The translations under genes and the position numbers were made by a program. Shown here in pieces: positions 25,224-35,239 of a stretch of DNA of 64,000 nucleotides. Each line of letters opens with the position of its first letter. The stretch's first letter is position 1. The stretch is from Spirochaetota bacterium (GTDB taxonomy: Bacteria > Spirochaetota > UBA4802 > UBA5550). The stretch covers positions 158,066 through 222,065 of the forward strand of contig JAKQPV010000026.1 of assembly GCA_029564515.1 (NCBI GenBank), given 5' to 3'. The notes below the pieces were generated by a model. The model saw only the letters and a list, made by a program, of their open reading frames with translations, was not told the DNA's origin and ran no database searches.

Positions 25224-27260
25224 TCAAGGGGTTGCATTTAGTGCACCATATGCATCAAGCATTTTGCTCGTGGATATCTTGCCATCGAGATTCGAATTGA
25301 TTTTTCCGCCATTAAGTATCATATTCCTAATTTGCGAATAGGTATATGTTGGATTGGCTGCCAAGACAAGACCTGCAACACCGGTTACATACGGTGCCGC
25401 CATTGATGTACCTTCAAGAAAAAGGCAGGCAGTTGCATTATTATAATGATACCATCGGTTAATAACAAAAGGACATATTTCAATACCATAATAATTTAAT
25501 GTTTCATTTGATACAAATCTAAATCCTATACTAGTATTATGAGACGAAATCGGTGTTAAATCAAATACAGGTGAATCTACGGTCTCTCCCAATGTACCGA
25601 GGTTATTCATAGGCTTATTCCCATCAGTATCATATACGACGTTTACGTAATCCGCCTCATCTTGAATATAACATGCATATTTAAAATATAACGTTACCAG
25701 AGCAGGCTCATACGCATTCAGGTCGAACGTTCTGTATGCATAACTATCCATGTTATTCAAGTAGTAGTATTCAGAAAAAACCAGTGGGTTGTTCAATACA
25801 CCCATGATTCCAGTGATGCCACTACTTGAATAATTAACATCAATATATTTATAATTCCATCCAGCATCTCTCTTCCATGATGAAAAATATTCTATCGCAT
25901 AAACCTTCTGCGCGGGATAGGTACTAAGTATATTAACTCCCGGTGCGGCAATATCAACCGATGTCACTCCATAATTTGTCCAATGTGGCAGTGTGCCATT
26001 CTGGTTAATTGCAGCGACTGATATTATATTGTCGAGATCATAACTGGCAGGGTATTCAGGTTGAGTATCATTACTTGATCCGTTGTTCCCTGCTGCGGCA
26101 ATAAAAAGTACGCCATTATTCCTTGCTTCATTAATTGCATCATATATCGCCTCATCATATATATAATCGCCCCAGCTGGCATTAATTATTTTTGCACCGT
26201 TTTCAATTGCGAACTCTATTCCAGAAACGATATTATCTGTCGTACCGTTCCCACTCGCATCAAACACGCGAACTGCCATTATGTTTGATTTCCAGCATAC
26301 ACCGCTAATTCTATTCCCATCATTGCCGCTTGCACCGATGATGCCAGCTACATGAGTCCCGTGACCATTCACATCTTTCGGGTCTTTTGTGTTATCCACA
26401 AAATCATAACCATGAATGCAATCGCCAAGAGAATCTCCAGATCCTGTGACACAGGCCGTACCGTCCCACATGTTGTTTTTTAAATCGCTGTGGTTGTAAT
26501 TCACGCCAGTATCAAGAACTGCGATTATAACACTGCTGCAATCGTCAACCATGTCCCATGCTTTGCACGCGTTTATATCATATCCCACTGTTCCGGTATC
26601 GGTATTCACCGTTTGACCTGAATTATATAATCCCCATTGGTTATTGAATTCATAATCATTTGGCGTGGTGGTTGTTGTATGATATATATAGTTTGGCTGT
26701 GCATATTTAACATATTGATTTTGGTTTAACTTTTGAATGGTTTTTTCCAATATCATATTTGAGGAAAGACTTATTTTTTGCAGCAATGACGATTTATTGT
26801 TACCACCAATACTCTTCAACGATTTTCCAAACCCCATTGCCTGAATTACATTGTTTGCTTGCCATATGTTAACACCGGCACGAAATTTTATTAGTACTTC
26901 ATTCTTTTTATATTTAGTTGCTTGTCCCTCACCATATGAACCAATACTCTGTGAAAAAGTATATGCATCAAGTTGACGAGAGTCTGTCTTTTTTGAACCT
27001 GGTGGTTTAGATGCGATCATACGGGAGCCAGTAAAATCTTTCATGCCGCAACTACAAGCAGAACCATAATATTCATCATCCGGTTGTATGATTTCAGGAT
27101 TTCTACCAGAATACAAAAACATACTCGACGTGAAAACATTCTCGATATCACTAATTTTTTTTGATAAATCAATATTATTGCATGATTGTAAAAACAATAA
27201 AATAATAATTAAAAAATTACGAATAGTTTTTTGTTCATTAAATTTATATTTATTAAACAT
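25224..27260 (-). CDS. Subtilisin-like S8 serine peptidase lipoprotein with an I9-like propeptide and a large insertion
   Basis: Lipobox LFLQSC. Catalytic triad contexts are AVLDTGVNYNH, NGHGTHVAGIIGA and EGTSMAAPYVTGVAGL. Confidence 0.9.
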   Translation of the reverse strand: MFNKYKFNEQKTIRNFLIIILLFLQSCNNIDLSKKISDIENVFTSSMFLYSGRNPEIIQPDDEYYGSACSCGMKDFTGSRMIASKPPGSKKTDSRQLDAYTFSQSIGSYGEGQATKYKKNEVLIKFRAGVNIWQANNVIQAMGFGKSLKSIGGNNKSSLLQKISLSSNMILEKTIQKLNQNQYVKYAQPNYIYHTTTTTPNDYEFNNQWGLYNSGQTVNTDTGTVGYDINACKAWDMVDDCSSVIIAVLDTGVNYNHSDLKNNMWDGTACVTGSGDSLGDCIHGYDFVDNTKDPKDVNGHGTHVAGIIGASGNDGNRISGVCWKSNIMAVRVFDASGNGTTDNIVSGIEFAIENGAKIINASWGDYIYDEAIYDAINEARNNGVLFIAAAGNNGSSNDTQPEYPASYDLDNIISVAAINQNGTLPHWTNYGVTSVDIAAPGVNILSTYPAQKVYAIEYFSSWKRDAGWNYKYIDVNYSSSGITGIMGVLNNPLVFSEYYYLNNMDSYAYRTFDLNAYEPALVTLYFKYACYIQDEADYVNVVYDTDGNKPMNNLGTLGETVDSPVFDLTPISSHNTSIGFRFVSNETLNYYGIEICPFVINRWYHYNNATACLFLEGTSMAAPYVTGVAGLVLAANPTYTYSQIRNMILNGGKINSNLDGKISTSKMLDAYGALNATP

Positions 27261-27521
27261 ATATTTTACTCTGTGATTAACATATTAAACTGTGTTATTA
27301 ACATGGCATTAATAATCCAAGGAATTAACAAATAAAATAAGGCCGATCAATTGTTGTCATAATGTTGATTTATTGATCAGCCTTTTATTCATAACATTCA
27401 TATTTGTTTTGAAAAATATCTAATCACTCATCATAAATGGTTCTCAATCCTCTTTTAAGTTATAAGATAAAATTATCTATTACATATCTAAATATATGCA
27501 TCTATAGAGATTCATCCCTTA

Positions 27522-28382
27522 TTAAAATACTTCAGTCCATGCTTGTCCGTCATCAGGGGTCGGGTAGTAAGTAATAATCCAACCATTAAAATATATTTTT
27601 GGTTGGCTCCAGACTCCAAAATGCATGTTGTATGATTTTAGCTCTACATTAACTGCGGCATTTATCATCGGATTGAATCCAGCATAAGAACCATTATGAC
27701 TCCAGGTTATAAGATCCCCATCATCATCATATCCTCTAAACTCAACAATCATGTTTGGTGACCATGGGTCTTCAAATGAAAAAGTTAACACATATTGAGA
27801 TGCACCAATAAGCCACCAGTAGCCATTATAATAGTCAACTCCGGCCCACCATCGTTTGTCATACTCACGTGCAGTTGCATTTCCACCTGTCGTAAAAATA
27901 TGAGATAATACACCTGTATCAAGTGTACTATTGATACTATATGAACAATTATTTTCAAATAAAGCTGTTATTTCTTTCGGTATATCATTTGAGACAATAG
28001 ACGAATTAGATTTATCATTCATAAAACTATCAAGATATTTTTGCCAATTACTCCCTAAAGCTTTCTTCAATGCAATCTGAAGACTATATTCCATATTTTC
28101 ATAAGTATATGGCGGAATAGGAACAATAAACTTCTTTCCTTTAAAAATTAAATTGTCACCTTCATATGTTATTACTTTCGCCATTCCTTTAGATATCAAT
28201 TGTTGAGCAACATTCTCAATTCCACCTATTATTATTGATTGAGATTTTGCACTCACAACAGCTGATTCCGATGATTCACTACTAGCAAGAGCTAATAATG
28301 ATTTTCCATTTTTTGATAGGTCATAACAGCTTACGCAAAATGATCCAAGTAAACAAATAATTAGCACAAAATATTTCTTCAT
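27522..28382 (-). CDS. Hypothetical lipoprotein (Trp/Tyr-rich C-terminal domain)
   Basis: Lipobox LLGSFCVSC. AT-rich codon usage matches the neighbouring S8 gene. I recognise no family. Confidence 0.5.
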   Translation of the reverse strand: MKKYFVLIICLLGSFCVSCYDLSKNGKSLLALASSESSESAVVSAKSQSIIIGGIENVAQQLISKGMAKVITYEGDNLIFKGKKFIVPIPPYTYENMEYSLQIALKKALGSNWQKYLDSFMNDKSNSSIVSNDIPKEITALFENNCSYSINSTLDTGVLSHIFTTGGNATAREYDKRWWAGVDYYNGYWWLIGASQYVLTFSFEDPWSPNMIVEFRGYDDDGDLITWSHNGSYAGFNPMINAAVNVELKSYNMHFGVWSQPKIYFNGWIITYYPTPDDGQAWTEVF

Positions 28383-29244
28383 GTAACCCCCCTCCCTTTT
28401 TTATAATTGATTGTAAATATATAATCCATCATTATTTGATGGTCAATGACTCACCAGATAATATTTGATTCAATCCTATTACGAGTACTGAACAAATAAC
28501 TTGTATACAATGTTCAAATAATAATGTAATGCGGAAGAAACAAATAATAATGTTATGCAATTTCTAACGCACAACGCACACTTGTCAATGAAATTATTTA
28601 TTCTTGTCCAATTTTTTGGACAGCATCCAATTATTAAATATGAATTACAATAACCATTATTATCCCCCCATTCCTTTTCCAATCTTTCCCCGCAAACGGG
28701 TTCAGAATAATGGCTACAGATGGTTCGCCGCTCAAGTTAGCGCTGTAAGAAGTTTGACCCCAATTTTCGCGATCACTAAAACTGGAGCGCCAAGAATTTG
28801 AACGTGACTAGTATAACCTGTTCAATTAACGCGAGATGGAACATATAATGCAAATTTTCGATGCGCTGGGCGGATCAGACAACATCAAGGGCGCATGAGG
28901 AAAGTCGTTCCTGCCTGTAGGATCGGGCAGATTTATTGACAATGTGGGAAGAGCAATATTTTCAACCTATGTTAAAATGTCTGGCGGGAATTTTCTTATT
29001 GCTTTTTTCCCATAGCCAGCTCATAATTCCCACGATGCAGTATTCTTAATTTCGTATTGCAGGGCCTCGTCACTCTTTCCCGTGTAAACATACTGGTGCT
29101 GTCTCGCAGGACTCCAGAATCACCCGGAAGAGGCCTTTCCGAACGAGTAATTGCTGAAAAGCCCCTATCTGGAGGGGTTTGGGGGGGGTGTCATTCTTAG
29201 ACAGCCTTCTATTCAATACATTAATTATCAACGGAGGTCTTAAA

Positions 29245-29538
29245 ATGAAAAAATTATTAATTACGACATCATGCATTATCGGCATGGTGGCCTATATCTA
29301 CGGTATGGGCGATACCACCGCAGCGAAGAAGACGCTGTGCGACAAGGGGTGCGAAGTGGCCTACGAGGCCTGCGTGAAGGCGGCCGGGACGGCTGCGGAA
29401 AAGATTACCAGCACGAAGCAGGCCGAGTACAAGAAAAAGGCCGACGAAGCGGTGTGCGTGAAGGGTAAAGACGCCTGCCTCAAAAAGTGCGCCGCCGAGT
29501 TCACGGCACAGCCGGCCCAGCCCACGACAGCGAAATAA
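29245..29538 (+). CDS. Small secreted Cys-rich, Lys/Ala-rich protein
   Basis: Signal-like MKKLLITTSCIIGMVAYIYG with a GGAGG RBS, and six Cys in the mature part. The start lies inside ORF 29179..29538. Confidence 0.45.
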   Translation: MKKLLITTSCIIGMVAYIYGMGDTTAAKKTLCDKGCEVAYEACVKAAGTAAEKITSTKQAEYKKKADEAVCVKGKDACLKKCAAEFTAQPAQPTTAK

Positions 29539-29645
29539 GGCGAACCGATCAACAGGTTCCCGGTGCCCCGCGCCGGGAATCTGCCTGGAACTCCCGGCTT
29601 TATGACCGGGAGTTCTGTTATATTGTCAGCGTGCAAGATACCGCC

Positions 29646-30413
29646 ATGGACCCCATCTGCAACATCGCCCTCTATTCGAATATCCGCGACAGGGCACTGA
29701 AGCGCAAGGGGATCCTCATCGCCGAGGGGAGGCTCCTGGTGGGACGCCTCCTGGACTCGGACCTCGGGGTACAATCCATCCTCTGCGCTGAAAAAATGGC
29801 GGATGAATTCCGGGAGCGTGCCCGGGGGAGATGCCCCGTCCATGTCCTGGGTAATGACGAGATGGAGAAATTCGCGGGGTTCCCCTTCCACCGCGGCGTC
29901 ATGGCGGTGTCGCTGCGGCCCGTCATCATCCCCCTCGGGCAATTCCTTACCGAGAAAGCCCCGTACAGAAATTTCGTGATATGCCCGCGCCTCTCCGGCG
30001 ACGAGAACCTGGGGAGCATCATTCGCACCTCCGCGGCCATGGGCGCGGACGCCGTTCTCATCGGTCCGGAAAGCTGCGATCCCTTCAGCCGGAGGGCCCT
30101 CAAGGCGTCCATGGGTACGGCATTTTCACTTCCGATAGTCATGATGGATGGGGTCGACAGCGCTTTCCCGCTGCTGAAGGGCCGCGGATTCATGGTGTAC
30201 GGAGCGACTACCGGTAAAAACTCGATACCCATCCGCGAGGTACGTCCCCCGGAGAAACGGGCCGTGGTGTTCGGCAACGAGGCAGAGGGAATACCGGCGA
30301 ACATCCTGTCGCAGTGCGACGTGATCGTGCACGTGCCCATGCACAACAACACGGATTCGCTGAACGTGAGCGTGGCTGCGGGGATTGTGCTTCATGAGCT
30401 GTTCAATCATTGA
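29646..30413 (+). CDS. TrmH/SpoU-family RNA 2'-O-methyltransferase
   Basis: SpoU motifs (GSIIRTSAAMGADAV, VVFGNEAEGIP, DSLNVSVAAGIVLHE). The start is taken at MDPICNI. Confidence 0.8.
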   Translation: MDPICNIALYSNIRDRALKRKGILIAEGRLLVGRLLDSDLGVQSILCAEKMADEFRERARGRCPVHVLGNDEMEKFAGFPFHRGVMAVSLRPVIIPLGQFLTEKAPYRNFVICPRLSGDENLGSIIRTSAAMGADAVLIGPESCDPFSRRALKASMGTAFSLPIVMMDGVDSAFPLLKGRGFMVYGATTGKNSIPIREVRPPEKRAVVFGNEAEGIPANILSQCDVIVHVPMHNNTDSLNVSVAAGIVLHELFNH

Positions 30414-30608
30414 TGATGGTCTCTCGCAGAAGCGCAGTGACGCGGAAGGACTGGGTTCCGGCCCTGCACATTGCCCGGCTGGCGGGCAAACATCCTGCCG
30501 GCCGATTCCGCGCGGCCTTCTTCCCCCCGCAACGTTCGAGAGGCCCGGGTCTTTCACCTCCCCCGTTAGCGGGGAGGCAATGGAAAGGGCGCGCGGCTCA
30601 CCGCCCGA

Positions 30609-31496
30609 TCAGTTGGCCAGTCCCGCTTTGACCTTATCCATATCGAGCGGCTCCGGCTTGGAAGCATCGACGAACAGCGAGAGCGCCCCGCTTGGGCACC
30701 TGTCCGAGCACAGCTCGCACCCGCGGCATTCTTCTTTGATATAAACGCGATTACCGTCCTTCATGACGATCGCCTCGAACGGGCAGATCTGCGCGCAGGT
30801 ACCGCAGTTTTTGCATTTCGCAGGGTCATGCCTGACCGAATAGCCGGAGTGCATGGCCACCGGCACCACGCCCGTGCCGAGCTTTTTGGTAATATTTGAA
30901 GCAATGATGTTCAAACAGTAGTCCGGGTGGCAGTTGCAGATGACGCCCGTGGAACCGCCGGTCGCCACCTTGAAAAAAGCCTGAGTTATGTAGTTTTTCT
31001 TCCTCAGTCGATCGATGATCCCGAGCGCTTCCTCCTGGGTCACCTTCCGTGCGTTGTACTTGTTGTTGTCCAGCCAGAACTGCGCCGCCCTGCCGATCAT
31101 AAAGCATGAATTCAGGTCCTCCTTCGGCGCGCCGGTCGATTTCTTGCAGGGACAGTCCATCACCGCGATGAACTCAGGCTCCTGGAAGATGATCTTCGTG
31201 GCGTACTTGAAGGGAACGATCCTCTTGTTCTCGTCGGAGATCCGCCGCACGTCCTCGTTCAGCGTGAATATCTTCCGCGTATCCCCGGTTGACAGCGTCT
31301 TCGCGTGGTATCGGTGGAACACGAAATTGGCGACCGGCCTGAGCGGCTTGAACCACATCATGTTGCGCAGGGCCAGCACGCCGGTGGTGAGTACCTTGAT
31401 GTAGGGATAATAATACCGGAAATAGATGATATTGTGGATCGCCCTGTCGACCCTCCATCCATGTTTTTTAAAAATGTCTTTCGTTGATTGCTTCAT
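30609..31496 (-). CDS. 4Fe-4S dicluster domain protein with a Cys-rich N-terminal domain
   Basis: The C-terminus carries CKNCGTCAQICP and CRGCELCSDRCP. Upstream are CPCKK and CNCHPDYC. The start at MKQSTKD follows a GGAGG RBS. Confidence 0.65.
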   Translation of the reverse strand: MKQSTKDIFKKHGWRVDRAIHNIIYFRYYYPYIKVLTTGVLALRNMMWFKPLRPVANFVFHRYHAKTLSTGDTRKIFTLNEDVRRISDENKRIVPFKYATKIIFQEPEFIAVMDCPCKKSTGAPKEDLNSCFMIGRAAQFWLDNNKYNARKVTQEEALGIIDRLRKKNYITQAFFKVATGGSTGVICNCHPDYCLNIIASNITKKLGTGVVPVAMHSGYSVRHDPAKCKNCGTCAQICPFEAIVMKDGNRVYIKEECRGCELCSDRCPSGALSLFVDASKPEPLDMDKVKAGLAN

Positions 31497-31803
31497 GTTG
31501 ACCGCCTCCGGCATCGTCCGGTTACGGGCCTGGGCACCGGCGCTTCCCGGCTGATCCATGACCAGTTTTTTGATCAAAACGCAATCTGATTGTAGCGATA
31601 CCACGCAGAAAATCAAGAACTAACCCTGTGCGAAGATTTTTTTAAAGAGATTTCTCCCGCATGGTGCACCGGCGTCAAGCCTTGCGCGCGGTCGGAGAGC
31701 GGTGTTCGCAGGAAACGCATGCCGTGGTATTCGGCAACAAGGCGGGGGAAATGCCGGCGGGACAGCGGCCCGGGCATGTTTCATCCGGGCATCGCGTAAC
31801 GGG

Positions 31804-32928
31804 TCAGGAGTCTATCTCCGCTTCCGCTTCAGGCGGCTTCACGATTTTCGCCGTCAACTCGGCCCTCGTCAGCTCAAAGCCTATTTTGATGAAGTCAGGA
31901 TAGAAAACCACCTTGAGCGGCTCATCGTCGCCGGAATAATTTTTCAGGATGCTCAGGATCAGATTCAACCCGAAGCCCGCGCCCTCGGCGTATTCAGGCT
32001 CTTCGCCGAAGGAATCCTTGTTCTTGAATTCGCCCCTCTTCAGTTTTTTAAGAATGGCCTCCTTTTCGATCAGCGAAATGTTCTGGCTGTTGGTGACCCA
32101 TATCGCGATGGAATCGAGGGAGGACTGGAAGGTAATGTTTATGTACCGATCCTCCTGCCTGGCCAGCTCTATCAGCCGCCTGTTCCCGTGTTCCTCGATC
32201 TCTTCCTGGAACATTTTCAAAAAGCGGGAATAATCCTTTTCCTGCGAGACTTTCTGGGGACGGGCAATATATTTTTCAAAGAGGATCTTGTAGTTCGCCT
32301 TGCTGGCATTGATGGCCAGCTCTTTAAGGCACGCGTACATTTCGTGGGTGTAGTCCTGCAGATTCTGGCGTGCAAGCAGCATGTCCAGGATTTTCCGTAT
32401 GAGCTCCCCTATCTGGGACTCCATGTCGTAAAGCCGGATCGTTATCCGCCACTCGAGGTCCTTCATGCTCAGGGCGGCGCTGGCATTCTTGATTTCCCTG
32501 ATGATGGCCGGGATGTCAACTTTTTTGCGAAGGTCCAGGATGCGTATTTTTTTCAGGAGATTGATCTCGTGCTCGTAAAAAGGGTCCAGGAGGAATCGCT
32601 TGACCTCGGGGTCGTATATCCACTTGTTTTTCAGCAGCAGGTTTATGAATTCCTGCTTGCCCCATACCTTGAGCACGGCATTGTAGAAGCGCTTCCCTTC
32701 GTTTTCCAGCATGACGGTGAACAGGCGGACGATATTTTCTTCTGATTTAAAGTAGTTGAGCAAGACTTCTGCGGCCGTCCTCCTGGGCAGGGGTGCGTTA
32801 TCGTGAAAGCCCGATACCCGGTATACATTGAATGTATGGTCCAGACGCTCCCCGAGATAATTGGTCTGGCCGGTATCAAGGGAATTCGTCAATACTTTCA
32901 AAAACAGGTGGTTGATTTCGATATTCAT
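31804..32928 (-). CDS. Hypothetical protein with a C-terminal GHKL/HATPase_c-like domain
   Basis: N-box-like LKELAINASKAN and G2-like EGAGFGLNLILSIL. No H-box/DHp is recognisable. Confidence 0.45.
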   Translation of the reverse strand: MNIEINHLFLKVLTNSLDTGQTNYLGERLDHTFNVYRVSGFHDNAPLPRRTAAEVLLNYFKSEENIVRLFTVMLENEGKRFYNAVLKVWGKQEFINLLLKNKWIYDPEVKRFLLDPFYEHEINLLKKIRILDLRKKVDIPAIIREIKNASAALSMKDLEWRITIRLYDMESQIGELIRKILDMLLARQNLQDYTHEMYACLKELAINASKANYKILFEKYIARPQKVSQEKDYSRFLKMFQEEIEEHGNRRLIELARQEDRYINITFQSSLDSIAIWVTNSQNISLIEKEAILKKLKRGEFKNKDSFGEEPEYAEGAGFGLNLILSILKNYSGDDEPLKVVFYPDFIKIGFELTRAELTAKIVKPPEAEAEIDS

Positions 32929-33172
32929 AGCATTATATATTGCGTGCCATGAAAAGGCCCGCTTTCATTTTGATCGCGCTTTCGTTCCCGCAGATGCCCT
33001 GTATTGGTCTTCTCGCAAAACTTCGGAACAACAATGGGATATCGCACAACAATCTTCAACACAAAAACAGGGGAGAGGATGTAAATTTTCCTGGACGCGG
33101 GTGAGACTGCGGGGATTAGTCTCCATTCCCTTCCGGGGTGGAGGTAATTATGCGTGTTACCGCCCGGATCGA

Positions 33173-33775
33173 CTACCGGCCTGCCTGCTTCCTGACAACA
33201 CCATTCACCATCTTCGAGAACTCTCCATTACTTTCCACGAGTTGAAGATACTCGATGATTCGGTTATTCTCGTCATAAATTTCCATGACAGTACCGCAGT
33301 ATGCGTCCCGCATCTTGTTATAATCGTCTATCGCCGGATATGCCTTTATTTCTCCGATCCACACAGACAACGCCGCGGATAGCGGAAATGTGACCCGTTT
33401 AAACATATGCTTTGGCCAGAGTTTCACATTGAAGGGTGCATTTTTCCGAATGAGAGCCTCGCTGTCATCGGGGCTGACAACACACCCGAAGAAAGCCCGA
33501 AGTTCCTGTTTCGGCGTTTTCCTCGGATCAACGTGATAGGCGATGACACGGGCTATAGGCCGTATGCCGTAATCTTTTTCAAGACGTGCGGCCAGCTCGC
33601 GCGATCGGGCCCTGAGGCCCGAATAAGAGCCGTCCTGGTTTTCATATACAAGGTTAAAGGGCCCCCTCACCATCCTTTCCACATGAACCTTAATGAAAAG
33701 CCCGGACCACAGGGCATAAGCGACAAGCAGCGACAGGAACAGAATACACACAATCAGTATTTTCATATTGTGCAC
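33173..33775 (-). CDS. Membrane-anchored hypothetical protein (possibly a GyrI-like/SOUL-like fold)
   Basis: An N-terminal TM helix is followed by a soluble domain of about 170 aa. The family assignment is tentative. Confidence 0.4.
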   Translation of the reverse strand: MHNMKILIVCILFLSLLVAYALWSGLFIKVHVERMVRGPFNLVYENQDGSYSGLRARSRELAARLEKDYGIRPIARVIAYHVDPRKTPKQELRAFFGCVVSPDDSEALIRKNAPFNVKLWPKHMFKRVTFPLSAALSVWIGEIKAYPAIDDYNKMRDAYCGTVMEIYDENNRIIEYLQLVESNGEFSKMVNGVVRKQAGR

Positions 33776-34005
33776 CTTGGTACGATTTATGAAACCATAT
33801 CACAGGGGTGGTTACCTGAATGAGAGCATAAACATCCCCGTTTTTCCTGGTCTCGGACGAGGGTCACTGAAAAAAGGAGATGTTCGGCATGCCGGACATT
33901 CCCGCCGCAAATAAATCGTTGACACGGCCCATCCGGAGGGGTATCCTATGCATCACATATTCACTCGTCTCGTTTCATTCACGTCCATACGCCAGGAGCA
34001 TCATC

Positions 34006-35145
34006 ATGAAACGGAAACAAATTATCACGGCCATCATCAGCGTCCTTGCCATTGTCGGCATCACGTATGCGATCCTCCCGGTGCACATGCAGCGCGCTCT
34101 CATACGCATGAAAGCGCGCATAGACGATTACCGGATCTTTGAAAACCGCACCGTTGAGGCGGGCTCGCCGGTCCCCTGGTCCGTGAGCCCCCTCTGCAAC
34201 GAGAAGGAGGTCCCCGAAGAGGCTTCGCGCCTGATGACGGAGCTCAAGACCACGGCCTTCCTGATCGTGAAAGATAACCGGATCATCTACGAGAAATACT
34301 ACAAGGGGTACGAGAAGGATTCAATCTCGAACTCGTTCTCTGCGGCCAAGAGCATCGTGAGCCTCCTGGTCGGCATCGCGCTGGACGAGGGCAGCATACG
34401 GAGCATCAACGCGCCGGTGGGAGATTACCTCCCGGAATTCTCGCAGGGCCCCGCGGCGCAGGTGACCGTCAGGGACGTCCTGACCATGAGCTCCGGCATC
34501 GAATGGGACGAAAGCTACTCCAGCCTTTTCTCGGTCACGACGAAATCCTATTTCGGCAACGACCTGGACGGACTGGTGCGGGGCCTGAAGGTCGTCGAGA
34601 TCCCCGGCAGGCGCTTCAACTACCAGAGCGGCAGCACGCAGATGCTGGGGCTTATCGTCATGAAGGCCACGGGGAAAACGCTGTCAGAGTACGCGTCCGA
34701 GAAGCTCTGGAAGCCGCTGGGCGCCGGCAAAGCCGCGCTCTGGAGCCTGGACAGGAAAGACGGAACGGAGAAAGCGTTCTGCTGCTTCAATTCAACGGCA
34801 CGCGATTTCGCCCGGATCGGCCAGCTGGTCCTGAACGGCGGGACCTTCGCCGGGAAGCGCGTCGTCTCGGCAGAGTATATACGGCAGGCGACCTCGCCGG
34901 CCGCGTGGCTCTCGGACGACGCGGGGAAGCCCGTCGACTACTACGGCTACCAGTTCTGGATCATGCACCACCACGGCCTCACCATCCCGATGGCGAGGGG
35001 GATACTGGGCCAGTATATCATCATCATTCCGCAGAAAAACGCGGTGATTGTCCGGCTCGGGGAAAAACGCATCGAGAAGAAAGACCGCCAGGTGCCGCTT
35101 GACGCCTATACATGGGTTGACGCGGCGCTGAAAGTGATGGAATAA
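34006..35145 (+). CDS. Serine hydrolase, beta-lactamase/PBP4-like family
   Basis: The SxxK motif sits in NSFSAAKSIVSLLVG. An N-terminal anchor is present. The start is taken at MKRKQIITAI. Confidence 0.8.
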   Translation: MKRKQIITAIISVLAIVGITYAILPVHMQRALIRMKARIDDYRIFENRTVEAGSPVPWSVSPLCNEKEVPEEASRLMTELKTTAFLIVKDNRIIYEKYYKGYEKDSISNSFSAAKSIVSLLVGIALDEGSIRSINAPVGDYLPEFSQGPAAQVTVRDVLTMSSGIEWDESYSSLFSVTTKSYFGNDLDGLVRGLKVVEIPGRRFNYQSGSTQMLGLIVMKATGKTLSEYASEKLWKPLGAGKAALWSLDRKDGTEKAFCCFNSTARDFARIGQLVLNGGTFAGKRVVSAEYIRQATSPAAWLSDDAGKPVDYYGYQFWIMHHHGLTIPMARGILGQYIIIIPQKNAVIVRLGEKRIEKKDRQVPLDAYTWVDAALKVME

Positions 35146-35167
35146 GGCAGTGAATAAATAAAAATGG

Positions 35168-35196
35168 AAAAGGCCCGCAAACTCCTGCGGGCCTTT
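35168..35196. terminator. Bidirectional rho-independent terminator between convergent genes
   Basis: aaaggcccgca-aactcc-tgcgggccttt, with A-run and T-run flanks. Confidence 0.7.
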
Positions 35197-35239
35197 CATA
35201 TGCACGTGTTCCCGCACCGGGGAGTATCGAATTCAACTT

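Larger units (their letters stand above)
24187..29195. other. AT-rich putative horizontally acquired segment bounded by TGTCATT direct repeats, with terminal poly-G runs
   Basis: Base composition switches abruptly at both ends. TGTCATT (24187-24193) is followed by G11 (24194-24204). G8 (29181-29188) is followed by TGTCATT (29189-29195). Confidence 0.55.

Noticed and set aside
28848-28898. 17-codon mini-ORF MQIFDALGGSDNIKGA, reminiscent of a PTS EIIB N-terminus, inside the 860-bp non-coding part of the AT-rich segment
   Set aside because: It is too short to distinguish from chance, and no continuing frame or neighbouring PTS remnants are present. At most it is a gene relic.
31702-32745. 347-aa + strand ORF
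   Set aside because: It is antisense to the GHKL-like gene. It has no RBS or family features and is less coherent than the opposite frame.
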